Below, one piece after another: positions 1-7,794 of a DNA stretch of 33,664 bases. The position numbers and the translations under genes were made by a program. The stretch is from contig QKHF01000302.1 of the NCBI GenBank assembly GCA_003250135.1, forward strand, positions 1 to 33,664. The letters run 5' to 3'. Each line of letters opens with the position of its first letter. The stretch's first letter is position 1. Source of the DNA: Paracoccaceae bacterium. Its GTDB lineage: Bacteria > Pseudomonadota > Alphaproteobacteria > Rhodobacterales > Rhodobacteraceae. The notes under the pieces were generated by a model. It was not told the DNA's origin, did no database searches, and saw only the letters and a list, made by a program, of their open reading frames with translations.

Positions 1-462
1 GGATATCTGGCCGCTTGGTCCGCGTTCGGGATCGCCGCGCATCTGGCGGACGCGGCGCTGGCCGCCGGCGTCCGTCATGTCCCCTGGCTGGTGTTCAACG
101 GCTGGGCTGTCGGCGCCGCGGTGTTGGCAGGCGCCGGGCTGTTCCAGTTCTCCGACCTGAAGCGCAAATGCCTCGACAAATGCCGCATGCCGCTCGGCTT
201 CGTCATGGAGCACTGGCGCGGCCGGGGCGAGCGCGTCAACGCGCTGCGCCTTGGCTGGCGGCATGGGCTGTTCTGCGTCGGCTGCTGCTGGGCGCTGATG
301 CTTTTGATGTTCGTCGTCGGCGCTGGCAATGTAGGCTGGATGCTGCTGCTTGGGCTGGTGATGGCGGCGGAGAAGAACTTTTCCTGGGGCCGTCGTCTTA
401 GCGCGCCCCTGGGCGTCGGCCTGCTCCTCTGGAGCGCGGCGCTCGCGGCGATGAACATATAA
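1..462 (+). CDS. DUF2182-like predicted metal-binding integral membrane protein (5' partial, continues left of window)
   Basis: Frame 1 is open from base 1 to TAA at 460-462. The product is a hydrophobic multi-TM sequence with a Cys-rich segment (LFCVGCCWALMLLMFVVGAGN). GC3-rich codons. Family name is from memory, not searched. Confidence 0.5.
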   Translation, partial: GYLAAWSAFGIAAHLADAALAAGVRHVPWLVFNGWAVGAAVLAGAGLFQFSDLKRKCLDKCRMPLGFVMEHWRGRGERVNALRLGWRHGLFCVGCCWALMLLMFVVGAGNVGWMLLLGLVMAAEKNFSWGRRLSAPLGVGLLLWSAALAAMNI

Positions 463-479
463 GAACGGAATGGTAGGAC

Positions 480-932
480 ATGATGGGCGACGAGGCCAAA
501 TCCGGCTGGGCCGGGACGATCAAGGGCAAGCCGGAGAAGGGCGCATCCGCGACCCGCACCCGCGCCACCTCGATGCGCGATGTGGAGATGTTCACCGAGA
601 TGACCGGCGACCGGAACCCGATTCACTACGATGAGGCGCTGGCCAAGGCCTCCCCCTTCGGCAAGCTGATCGTGCAAGGCGGAGTCACCACGGGCCTCTT
701 CAACGCGGCGGTGGCCGAGGACCTGCCGGGGCCGGGCACGGTGTTCCTCGAGACGCGCTGGAAGTTCCTGAAGGGCGTGGGGATCGGCGAGACCATCTCG
801 GCGACGGTGACGGTGCTGAGCGTGCGCGACGACAAGCCGATCTGCGAACTGGAGACGGTGATCCGCGACGCCGATGGCAATGAGGTCGTGGCCGGAACCG
901 CGACCACCTACACGATGCCTCTCGGCGCCTGA
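480..932 (+). CDS. MaoC-like (R)-specific enoyl-CoA hydratase / hot-dog fold dehydratase
   Basis: 150-aa ORF with the MaoC signature region FTEMTGDRNPIHYDEALAKASPFGKLIVQGG and a hot-dog-fold C-terminal half. Purine-rich GGTAGGA lies upstream of tandem ATGs at 480/483. Confidence 0.8.
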   Translation: MMGDEAKSGWAGTIKGKPEKGASATRTRATSMRDVEMFTEMTGDRNPIHYDEALAKASPFGKLIVQGGVTTGLFNAAVAEDLPGPGTVFLETRWKFLKGVGIGETISATVTVLSVRDDKPICELETVIRDADGNEVVAGTATTYTMPLGA

Positions 933-1023
933 GCGCGCCTATCTGACCTATGTCAACGCGGCGGCCCGCGCGGTCGTTAGGGTCCCGCCACGATCATTCA
1001 TTCATTTGAGAAGGAGCCAGACC

Positions 1024-1371
1024 ATGGCGGTCACGAATTGGGACGCGTTCATCCAGCAGACAGACAACCGGATCGGCGAGGTGCGCAAGGGCGCGCCGGA
1101 CATGGCGAGGGCGTTTCAGGGCCTCGCCAAGGCGTCGACCGCGCCGGGTGCGCTCGACACCAAGACCAAGGAGCTGATCGCGCTGGCCATCGGCATCACC
1201 GCGCGCTGCGACGGCTGCCTCGCCTACCACGCCCGCGCGGCGGCCAAGCACGGCGCCACGCGCGAGGAAATCATCGAGGTGATCAGCGTCTCGGTCTATA
1301 TGGGCGGCGGCCCATCTATGATCTACGGGGCCGAGGCGCTGGCCGCCTTCGACGGGTTGGCGAAATCCTGA
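1024..1371 (+). CDS. Carboxymuconolactone decarboxylase / AhpD-family protein (CxxC)
   Basis: Internal ATG at 1024 is preceded by GAAGGAG. Sequence KELIALAIGITARCDGCLAYHARAA carries the AhpD-core CxxC motif. The track ORF starts at 874, but that Pro/Arg-rich extension overlaps the MaoC gene end. Confidence 0.8.
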   Translation: MAVTNWDAFIQQTDNRIGEVRKGAPDMARAFQGLAKASTAPGALDTKTKELIALAIGITARCDGCLAYHARAAAKHGATREEIIEVISVSVYMGGGPSMIYGAEALAAFDGLAKS

Positions 1372-1394
1372 AAAGAGAGTGCGCGCCGCGGGAC

Positions 1395-2357
1395 TCAGTT
1401 CAGCGGCGCCAGCCAGTAATCGAACCCGCCAGAAGCCTGCGTGTTAACCGGGGCGGCGGACAGCGCCGCGCGTTCATCGAACGTCATGGTGGTCAGGCCC
1501 GCCGGGCGCAGTTTCGGCAGGGGCGAGCGCGCGCCGAGGCCCCGGGTCGCGGCGCGGGCGTCGTCGATAAACGCCGCGGCCTTGATCAGGTAGCCGCGGG
1601 TTTCGCTGAAGGGCGGCACGCCGCTATATTCCTCGATCCGGTGTTCGCCGGCGTTGTATCCCGCCAGCGCCAGCACGTGATCGCCCTGGAAATGGCTCAG
1701 AAGGAACGAAAGATATTTCGCGCCGCCCATGATGTTCTGGGCGGGATCGAATGAGTTCTGAACCCCGAAACGCTTCGCGGTCTCTGGCATCAGCTGCATC
1801 AGACCCTGTGCGCCGACCGGGCTGACCGCCCTGGGGTTGCCGTTCGACTCGATGCCGATCACCGTGACGATCAGAGAGGTCTGCACGCCGGTCGCCATAT
1901 GCGCCGAAAAAATCTCGTCGCCATAGTCGGCGAGGATGCGCAGCGCCTTCTCCTCTGACCCGTAATGTCCGAGCCGTTTCTTGACGCGCACGGACTCGAT
2001 CAGCGCCAAATCCAGAACCTCGCCATCCTGCTGAACCGCCTTGTCCAGCTCCGTCCAGACGGCCTTCACATAGATCGCGTCGCCGCGATAGGAGCGCCGT
2101 CCGCCCTCGGACCGCTGCTTGAGGCGCATGAGCAGAGATCGTGTGATGGGAATGGTCTCGGTCGCTTTGGCGGGACCTGCGCCGATCAGCGCGCCCCCGA
2201 CGGGTCCAAGCGGCGCGAACATGGCCAGCGTCAGCGCGGAAACCGCGACGAGTTTCGCATAGCCAAGTCGAGATGACGCGCCCACCGGCAAGCTCCCCCA
2301 AGAAAATCCGCTGCTGGACCCCTGATGTGGAGATCCCAGCTCCGTTTTCAACGCCAA
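1395..2357 (-). CDS. Lytic transglycosylase, SLT-domain protein (secreted)
   Basis: SLT motifs are present: ESNGNPRAVSPVGAQGLMQLMPETAKRFGV and LALAGYNAGEHRI. Hydrophobic signal-like N-terminus (LVAVSALTLAMFAPLG). The track start at 2357 is TTG, so the exact start is uncertain. Confidence 0.8.
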   Translation of the reverse strand: MALKTELGSPHQGSSSGFSWGSLPVGASSRLGYAKLVAVSALTLAMFAPLGPVGGALIGAGPAKATETIPITRSLLMRLKQRSEGGRRSYRGDAIYVKAVWTELDKAVQQDGEVLDLALIESVRVKKRLGHYGSEEKALRILADYGDEIFSAHMATGVQTSLIVTVIGIESNGNPRAVSPVGAQGLMQLMPETAKRFGVQNSFDPAQNIMGGAKYLSFLLSHFQGDHVLALAGYNAGEHRIEEYSGVPPFSETRGYLIKAAAFIDDARAATRGLGARSPLPKLRPAGLTTMTFDERAALSAAPVNTQASGGFDYWLAPLN

Positions 2358-2414
2358 GCCGCGCCGGTGCGCCGGCGCGGCACTGCTTGCCTCAGAGACC
2401 GCTTATAACGGTTT

Positions 2415-3155
2415 CTACGGGGATTCGGAAGATCGGGGCGTATCGCCCAACGCGATCTGCGCCCTGGTGAAGTAATGCCGCCGCAGCGTCGGCAGGTTCA
2501 GATGGGCGTAGGCCGCCCCCGCCTGGATCGAGTAGATCGGGCGATATTGCGGCAGATTGCGATCGACGCGCAGCGCGCTGGAGACGTTGTCGAGCACCAC
2601 CTCGCCGACCTTGTGAGCCACCGTCAGGACAGCGTGACCCAGTTCGCGGTCGGTGTCGCGCAGCACGATAATGCGCATCTTCTTCTCGTCCACGCCCAGG
2701 GCGCGAAGGATGACGTATTTGGCGATCGAGTAATCCTCGCAATCGCCGCCGATCCGAAGGGCTTCGGACGGAGACAGCCAGCGGTCCTCGACGCCCGAGG
2801 CCAGAAGGTCGCTGGTGTACTGAATTTCACGGTTCACAAGCCGGTTCACCGCGTCCAGCTTTTCGTGAAGCGGCGCATAGCGCAGAGGCTCCACCTTCAG
2901 AGCGATGCGCGCCAGCACCGGATCGGCGCTCATCTCGGGACGGCGAATAGCTACGGAAAGCTCGCGGGCGTCCGCCTCGACCTGGTCGCGTACGGCGGCC
3001 CAGCTGGCGGTCAGTTCACGGTCGATTGCAGAAGACAGGAGAGATCCGAAGGCGCTAGTTTGCGGGGCGGCCGACACGCTGGTCGACCAGGCCCCCGCAA
3101 TGACACACACAACACCTAGTAGGCGTTTGAACACGCAACGCATCGAACACACCAC
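2415..3155 (-). CDS. Bacterial transglutaminase-like cysteine proteinase (BTLCP, peptidase C93, LapG-like)
   Basis: Signal peptide MRCVFKRLLGVVCVIAGAWSTSVSA. Cys motif GDCEDYSIAKY, His motif ELGHAVLTV and downstream VVLDN form a C-H-D arrangement typical of BTLCP. GTG at 3155; the ATG at 3143 is a likelier start. Confidence 0.8.
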   Translation of the reverse strand: MVCSMRCVFKRLLGVVCVIAGAWSTSVSAAPQTSAFGSLLSSAIDRELTASWAAVRDQVEADARELSVAIRRPEMSADPVLARIALKVEPLRYAPLHEKLDAVNRLVNREIQYTSDLLASGVEDRWLSPSEALRIGGDCEDYSIAKYVILRALGVDEKKMRIIVLRDTDRELGHAVLTVAHKVGEVVLDNVSSALRVDRNLPQYRPIYSIQAGAAYAHLNLPTLRRHYFTRAQIALGDTPRSSESP

Positions 3156-3763
3156 TCACAACACCGAGGTCCACTTTCCGGCCACACCCGATTTCTGAAC
3201 CTCGTGGATTAATAGAATCCAAAAACTTGATTCTGAAAAGTTATTTTTTTCAACAAGTTGGAGTCATTGATTAACGCCTCACCTGAAGTAAGGCGGTTAT
3301 TTGGCCCCGATCCGCCTGTGGCATCGAAGATTCAGCGAATCAAAAAGTTTTAACCACAAGATGTAGATTTCGGGGGCTCTGCTTCGCCTGAAATCGGGCG
3401 AGAATGAGTCCAGACCTGCTGTCAAAAATGGGCCTTTCGCCACCTTTGATGTGATAAATTTGGCACAAATTTCGCCATATAGATGCACGAATTCCGCCGA
3501 AGATTCGCGTGAGTCGCGAGTCAAAGTCTGATTCTACACTTTCTGGCAGGTTAAAATCCGAATCCGACCGGTCCTCCGCCTGAAAATCTGGCGCCAAAAT
3601 GGGCGCGGCCGACTCAGCGCTGCGCCGCGGACGCCGATCCGCGCCCCTTCGGCCCGTCCGCCTTATTGTGGCCGTCCGGATCAGCGACCGCGCGATCAAG
3701 CACCGTCGCGGACCCCGTCGCGGACGCGCGCCGGACCCCGCAAAATGGCCTGGCCGGACCCGC

Positions 3764-3792
3764 TTGACGCCGTCCGCACCGGGGCGTAGATA
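3764..3792 (+). promoter_or_regulatory. Sigma70-type promoter for tRNA-Met
   Basis: TTGACG (3764-3769), a 17-nt spacer, then TAGATA (3787-3792). This puts a start about 6-8 nt downstream, just before the tRNA 5' end at 3805. Confidence 0.55.
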
Positions 3793-3804
3793 ACGCCCCG
3801 CCTT

Positions 3805-3881
3805 GGCGAGGTAGCTCAGCCGGTTAGAGCGCAGGACTCATAATCCTGAGGTCGAGAGTTCGAGTCTCTCCCTCGCTACCA
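3805..3881 (+). tRNA. tRNA-Met, anticodon CAT, elongator-like, encoded CCA
   Basis: Hand-folded cloverleaf. D stem is GCTC/GAGC. Anticodon stem is CAGGA/TCCTG with loop CTCATAA. T arm is GAGAG-TTCGAGT-CTCTC. Acceptor is GGCGAGG/CCTCGCT with G1-U72 wobble, followed by ACCA. It lacks initiator features (no C1xA72, no three G-C pairs in the anticodon stem). A lysidine-modified tRNA-Ile2 cannot be excluded from sequence alone. Confidence 0.9.
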
Positions 3882-4005
3882 CTTCTCTTCTTCACCCGAT
3901 CCTTCATCATGCGTCGCGGAATGCCGGCCGATCCGCGGCTGACATGCCGGCGGCCGTTCTGATAGGCTCCCGCCCGTCATAATTGATTAGTCGAGGTTCA
4001 GGCCC

Positions 4006-4686
4006 GTGACGCGTTCCTTTCGCCTGTTTGCTCCCGAACTTTGGGTCGTAGCGGCCCTGACGGCCTTCACCCTGATCGCCAGCGCCCCCGCGGCGCGCGC
4101 GGCCGGGCCGTCGGCCATCGTCGAGGAAGTCAGCTACGAGACCGAAGACCTGCTCGTTTTCGACTATCTCTTCGCCGGGCGTGAAATCGCCGTGCCCGCG
4201 GGCCAGAGACTTGTCATCGGGTATCTCTCGAGCTGCGTGCGCGAGGTCGTGACCGGCGGGACGATCCGCATCGGCGCCAAGCAGAGCGAGGGCGACGCGG
4301 CGATCACGCGAGAGGCGATGGCCTGCGCTGGCGCGGCGCAGGTCGCGGGGGCCGACGCCTCGGCCACCGCGCTGACGGCGATCTTCCGCGGCGGAGACAA
4401 GGAGGTGGTCACCGGGGATCGCCCTGTGAACTCCACTCTGCCCGTCTTCCTGGCGCCCCATAACGCATCGACCCTGTCGGTCTCCCGGTTGGACGCGGAC
4501 GGACCGGAGATCCAGCTCGACGTCTCCGGCGGCGTCGTCGACATGGCGGCCGCCGGCGCCGCGCCGCTGCAACCCGGCGGCGTGTATTTCGCCTCGGCCG
4601 GCGCGGCTTTCGTCGAGTTCGCCATTTCGGCGACCGCAAAAGCCACGGGCGGCCCAGCGACGCCGCGGCTGGTCCGCCTGCGCTAA
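4006..4686 (+). CDS. Secreted hypothetical protein upstream of the CHASE2 cyclase
   Basis: GTG start. Signal peptide LWVVAALTAFTLIASAPAARAAG. GC3-rich frame. No motif I can name. Ends at TAA 4684-4686, in the same frame as the next gene. Confidence 0.6.
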   Translation: MTRSFRLFAPELWVVAALTAFTLIASAPAARAAGPSAIVEEVSYETEDLLVFDYLFAGREIAVPAGQRLVIGYLSSCVREVVTGGTIRIGAKQSEGDAAITREAMACAGAAQVAGADASATALTAIFRGGDKEVVTGDRPVNSTLPVFLAPHNASTLSVSRLDADGPEIQLDVSGGVVDMAAAGAAPLQPGGVYFASAGAAFVEFAISATAKATGGPATPRLVRLR

Positions 4687-4761
4687 GGACCGGCCCTGAC
4701 CTCCCCGCCCTCTGGATCGCGAACCCGGCGCCGCAGGCTGCGCGCCGCGGCCGCCCTGGTC

Positions 4762-6798
4762 GTGACTTCAGCCGCGGTCGCCTTCGCCATACTCATCACC
4801 GAGCCCGCGCTGGGCGGACTCAATATCGATATCCAGCACATGATGCGGGATCTCCTGCGCGACGAGGACGACCCGGTCGAACAGGCGTCCGTGGCCGTCG
4901 CCGCGATCGACGAGGCGACGTTTCTGGACCCCGCCTTCGCCGCGCGTCCGCGCGCGGTGTGGACGCCCGAACTGGCGCGGGTGCAGGACGCGATACTCGA
5001 CGCCGGGGCGAAGGCCGTGGCGTGGGACCTGATCCTGCCGACCTCGGCGGCGTCCTGGACCCATGACATCGCGTTGGACCGGCCGCTGCTGCTCAGCCTC
5101 AGACGGGCTTCGAAGGAGGACCGGGTGATCCTGGGCGAGGCGGCGTTTCGCGGGCGGCGCATCTCGCCTTTCGCAGGCTACGCCTTCGCCGCAGGCGGGG
5201 CCGCCAACATCCGGCTGGTGAACACTCTGGTGGATGGCGACGGCGTGGTGCGCTCCGTCCCGCTGATGACCTTCGAGGCCACCGAAGCGGGCGACCGCGC
5301 CGTCCCCGGCATGGCGATGGAGGCGGCGCAAAGGGCGGGAATGGCGGCCCCCGACTGGCGCGCCCGGAACAACCGCACCATCGTCAATTTCGACCCTGCG
5401 CGGCCAATTCCGGTCTACAGCTTCGCGGACCTCAACGCATGCGCCGAGCGGGGCGATGCGGCCTATTTCGACGCGGCCTTCAAGGACAAGGTCGTGCTGA
5501 TCGGGCTGATCCTGAACCTTGAGGACCGCAAGGTGTCCTCCTCCCGCTGGATGGCGCGAGAGAACGCGCGGTCCGAGGCGCCCTGCGCTTCGGAGGCGAC
5601 ATCGGCCTCCGGCGCCAACCGCAGCGCGTTCGGAACGCCCGGCCCGCTGATCCTGGCGACCGCGATCGACAATCTGATCAGCGGCCGCGCGTTCCAGCCG
5701 CCGCCCGCCGCGCTCGGCGTGTTGCTGCTGGCGCTCCCGTCGATGGTCACCGCCGCGCTGGCGTTGTTCGCGCGCCTGTCGGTGGCGCTGGGCGGGGCGG
5801 CCCTGATGATCGCCATGGCCCCGGCGACGGGCCTGCTGTTCCTGGAGCGCCTTTGGGTCGCGCCGATGATCGAGGGGGCGTCGGCCGCGGCTTTCTCTCT
5901 GGCCAGCGGTCTGGTGATGCGGGTGCTGTTCGCCGACCGCCGAGAGGCGGTGCTGCGGCGAGCGTTCTCGGCCTATCTCGACGACCGGATGATGAAGAAA
6001 CTGCTGGAGGATGAGGAGCCGCCGCTTCTGGGCGGCGAGACGCGCGAGATGACCTCGCTGTTCGTCGACATCGCGGGCTTCTCCAGTATCTCCGAGCGGC
6101 TCGACTCCACCGATCTGGTCGCTTTCCTGAATCGGTTCTTCGAGACCATCCAGCGCGAGGTTCAGGCCCGCGGCGGCATGATCGAGCGTTTCGCGGGCGA
6201 CGCGGTGATCGCCATCTACGGGGCGCCGCTGCGCGATCCCGACCACGCCGAGAACGCGGTGCGCACCGCCATCGCCGCGCGCGGCGCGCTGGCGCAGTTG
6301 CGGGACCCGTGGGGCGCGCCGCTGCAGGCGCGGTTCGGCGTCAACACCGGCCCCGCGACGGTGGGCAATATCGGGGCCGAGGGGCGGCTCTCCTACACCG
6401 CCATCGGGGATGCGGTGAACCTCGCCTCGCGGCTGGAGGGCGCGAACAAGGCCTTCGGCACGCGGGTGCTGTGCGGCGAGGCGACGAAGGAGGCGACGAC
6501 CGGCGTCGTCTGGCGACGGATCGGGCGGGTGCAGGTTGTCGGCCGGGCGGAGACCGCGCAGGTATTCCAGCCATTAGGCCTCGCCGGAACGATCAGGCCC
6601 GAGGAAGAGGCGACCGCAGCGGCCTATCACGCGGCGCTGGCGCTTGCCGAAGCGGGCGACCTGGTCGCCGCCCACCGGGCGGCGGAGGCCGACGCGCTGG
6701 CGGATGACGGTCCGGCCCGAACGCTGAGGGCCGAACTCCAGCGGCGCATTGAATCCGGCGAACTCAACGCCTTCGCCTTCCGGCTGGCCGCGAAATAG
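4762..6798 (+). CDS. CHASE2 sensor-domain adenylate/guanylate cyclase (class III)
   Basis: N-terminal TM, a roughly 300-aa extracytoplasmic region, then several TM helices. C-terminal cyclase motifs are FVDIAGFSSISE, ERFAGDAVIAIYGAP, GVNTGPATVGNIG and YTAIGDAVNLASRLEG. The start is uncertain (see findings). Confidence 0.88.
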   Translation: MTSAAVAFAILITEPALGGLNIDIQHMMRDLLRDEDDPVEQASVAVAAIDEATFLDPAFAARPRAVWTPELARVQDAILDAGAKAVAWDLILPTSAASWTHDIALDRPLLLSLRRASKEDRVILGEAAFRGRRISPFAGYAFAAGGAANIRLVNTLVDGDGVVRSVPLMTFEATEAGDRAVPGMAMEAAQRAGMAAPDWRARNNRTIVNFDPARPIPVYSFADLNACAERGDAAYFDAAFKDKVVLIGLILNLEDRKVSSSRWMARENARSEAPCASEATSASGANRSAFGTPGPLILATAIDNLISGRAFQPPPAALGVLLLALPSMVTAALALFARLSVALGGAALMIAMAPATGLLFLERLWVAPMIEGASAAAFSLASGLVMRVLFADRREAVLRRAFSAYLDDRMMKKLLEDEEPPLLGGETREMTSLFVDIAGFSSISERLDSTDLVAFLNRFFETIQREVQARGGMIERFAGDAVIAIYGAPLRDPDHAENAVRTAIAARGALAQLRDPWGAPLQARFGVNTGPATVGNIGAEGRLSYTAIGDAVNLASRLEGANKAFGTRVLCGEATKEATTGVVWRRIGRVQVVGRAETAQVFQPLGLAGTIRPEEEATAAAYHAALALAEAGDLVAAHRAAEADALADDGPARTLRAELQRRIESGELNAFAFRLAAK

Positions 6799-6889
6799 CC
6801 CGCAGGCGCCGTCAATCGCGCTTTCCACGCGCGGCGTGTTGCGGTTAGGAAATATCGTACGCGTATTAGTGACAGGGAACGCAATCAGG

Positions 6890-7660
6890 ATGCCGCAGCG
6901 GAATGAGGCTGACGAACCGATCTCGCAGTTCAAACTCGAGGGCGCGCCGCCCCCCTTCTATGGCGGCCTGACCGTTCTGGAGGCCCGCCTCCACAGCGAC
7001 CTGGCCGTCTCGGACGCGCGAAACTTCGAATTTCTGCGCGGCGCGCAAAGCGTGCCGCTGACGGCGGAAGAGATCCCCGCCGCCCAGCGCGACTTTCCGG
7101 TGGTCTTCGCGGAGGGCGACGAGCCCACCCCGGTGGCGGCGCTTGCGGCGCGCGGCGCCGATGCGTTTCTGACCGAAAGCGGCGCCTGGAGGCCGGATGT
7201 ATATCAACCGGCCTATCTGCGTCGCATGCCGTTCATCCTGGCGCGCATCGACGGCGATTCAAAACGTCGCGCCCTGTGCGCCGATCTGAAGTCCCCGCTT
7301 TTCGCATCCGACCCTGACGCGCCGCCGGAGCGCCGGCTGTTTGCGGACGGCCGACCGACGGAACTCGCGCAGAGGGCGATCAAGATCTGCGAGGAGTTCG
7401 ACGTGGCCGCGGCGCGAACCAGCACGCTCTGCCGGCGGCTCAGCGATCTCGGCGTATTCGAGCGCCGCTCGGTGCAAGTAAGGACGCCTGGCGGCGTACG
7501 TGAATTCCGCGGCCTCGTCGTCATCTCGGAAGCCAAGTTGTGGGAGCTTGACGACGCGGCCCTGGCGGGGCTGGCGCGGACCGGCGCATTGAACATCGCT
7601 GCGGCGCATCTTATGTCGATTGCTAACTTTCGTTCTCCGCAAGCCGCCTCCACGACTTAA
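6890..7660 (+). CDS. SapC-family protein
   Basis: ATG at 6890 follows CAGGA. Segments resemble the SapC family: FEFLRGAQSVPLTAEEIPAAQRDFPVVF and YQPAYLRRMPFILA. The track start at 6749 overlaps the cyclase end and is unlikely. Confidence 0.7.
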   Translation: MPQRNEADEPISQFKLEGAPPPFYGGLTVLEARLHSDLAVSDARNFEFLRGAQSVPLTAEEIPAAQRDFPVVFAEGDEPTPVAALAARGADAFLTESGAWRPDVYQPAYLRRMPFILARIDGDSKRRALCADLKSPLFASDPDAPPERRLFADGRPTELAQRAIKICEEFDVAAARTSTLCRRLSDLGVFERRSVQVRTPGGVREFRGLVVISEAKLWELDDAALAGLARTGALNIAAAHLMSIANFRSPQAASTT

Positions 7661-7794
7661 ATTTTCTGGAAAGGCTACCGCGCTTTGAATTAATGACCTA
7701 AGGTGCGCCGCAGCGACGGCGCGGCGCTTCGGCCGGCAGCTGGTTTTGCGCGCGTTGTTCGCAGTGGTATCGTCTCGCGCAGGAGGGAGCGCAC

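Noticed and set aside
874-1023. N-terminal extensions in the ORF track for the CMD gene (874), the SapC gene (6749) and tssE (12369).
   Set aside because: The extensions overlap the preceding genes and translate to Pro/Arg/Ser-rich sequence. Each is followed by an internal ATG with a better ribosome-binding context and a family-typical N-terminus (1024, 6890, 12489).
3297-3524. 75-aa minus-strand ORF (and the overlapping 119-aa ORF at 3340-3699) inside the AT-rich stretch.
   Set aside because: There is no Shine-Dalgarno sequence and no recognisable motif. Codon usage lacks the strong GC3 bias of every convincing gene in the window. These are likely chance ORFs in non-coding DNA.
3180-3620. 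AT-rich, GANTC-rich region considered as a chromosomal replication origin (Caulobacter-type Cori).
   Set aside because: I found no good DnaA boxes; GTGGATTAA at about 3204 carries an extra base relative to the consensus. I found no full CtrA TTAA-N7-TTAA sites, and the flanking genes are not typical origin neighbours.
3882-4005. Looked for an integrase, direct repeat of the tRNA 3' end, or other genomic-island signature downstream of tRNA-Met.
   Set aside because: No integrase or transposase ORF and no duplicated tRNA 3' segment are visible. The T6SS cluster begins 4 kb away, after ordinary-looking genes of native composition.
7705-7722. Hairpin GCGCCG-cagcga-CGGCGC after the SapC gene, considered as a terminator separating it from the T6SS operon.
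   Set aside because: The stem is only 6 bp, with no following U-tract. It is indistinguishable from chance palindromes in GC-rich DNA, so it is not reported as a feature.
7735-7749. Possible sigma54 promoter (GGCAGctggttTTGC) upstream of tssA, of interest because many T6SS loci are RpoN-dependent.
   Set aside because: The distance from the GG to the GC element is one nucleotide longer than the canonical GG-N10-GC, and the flanking bases match the TGGCAC/TTGCW consensus poorly. No enhancer-binding protein gene is visible in the window.
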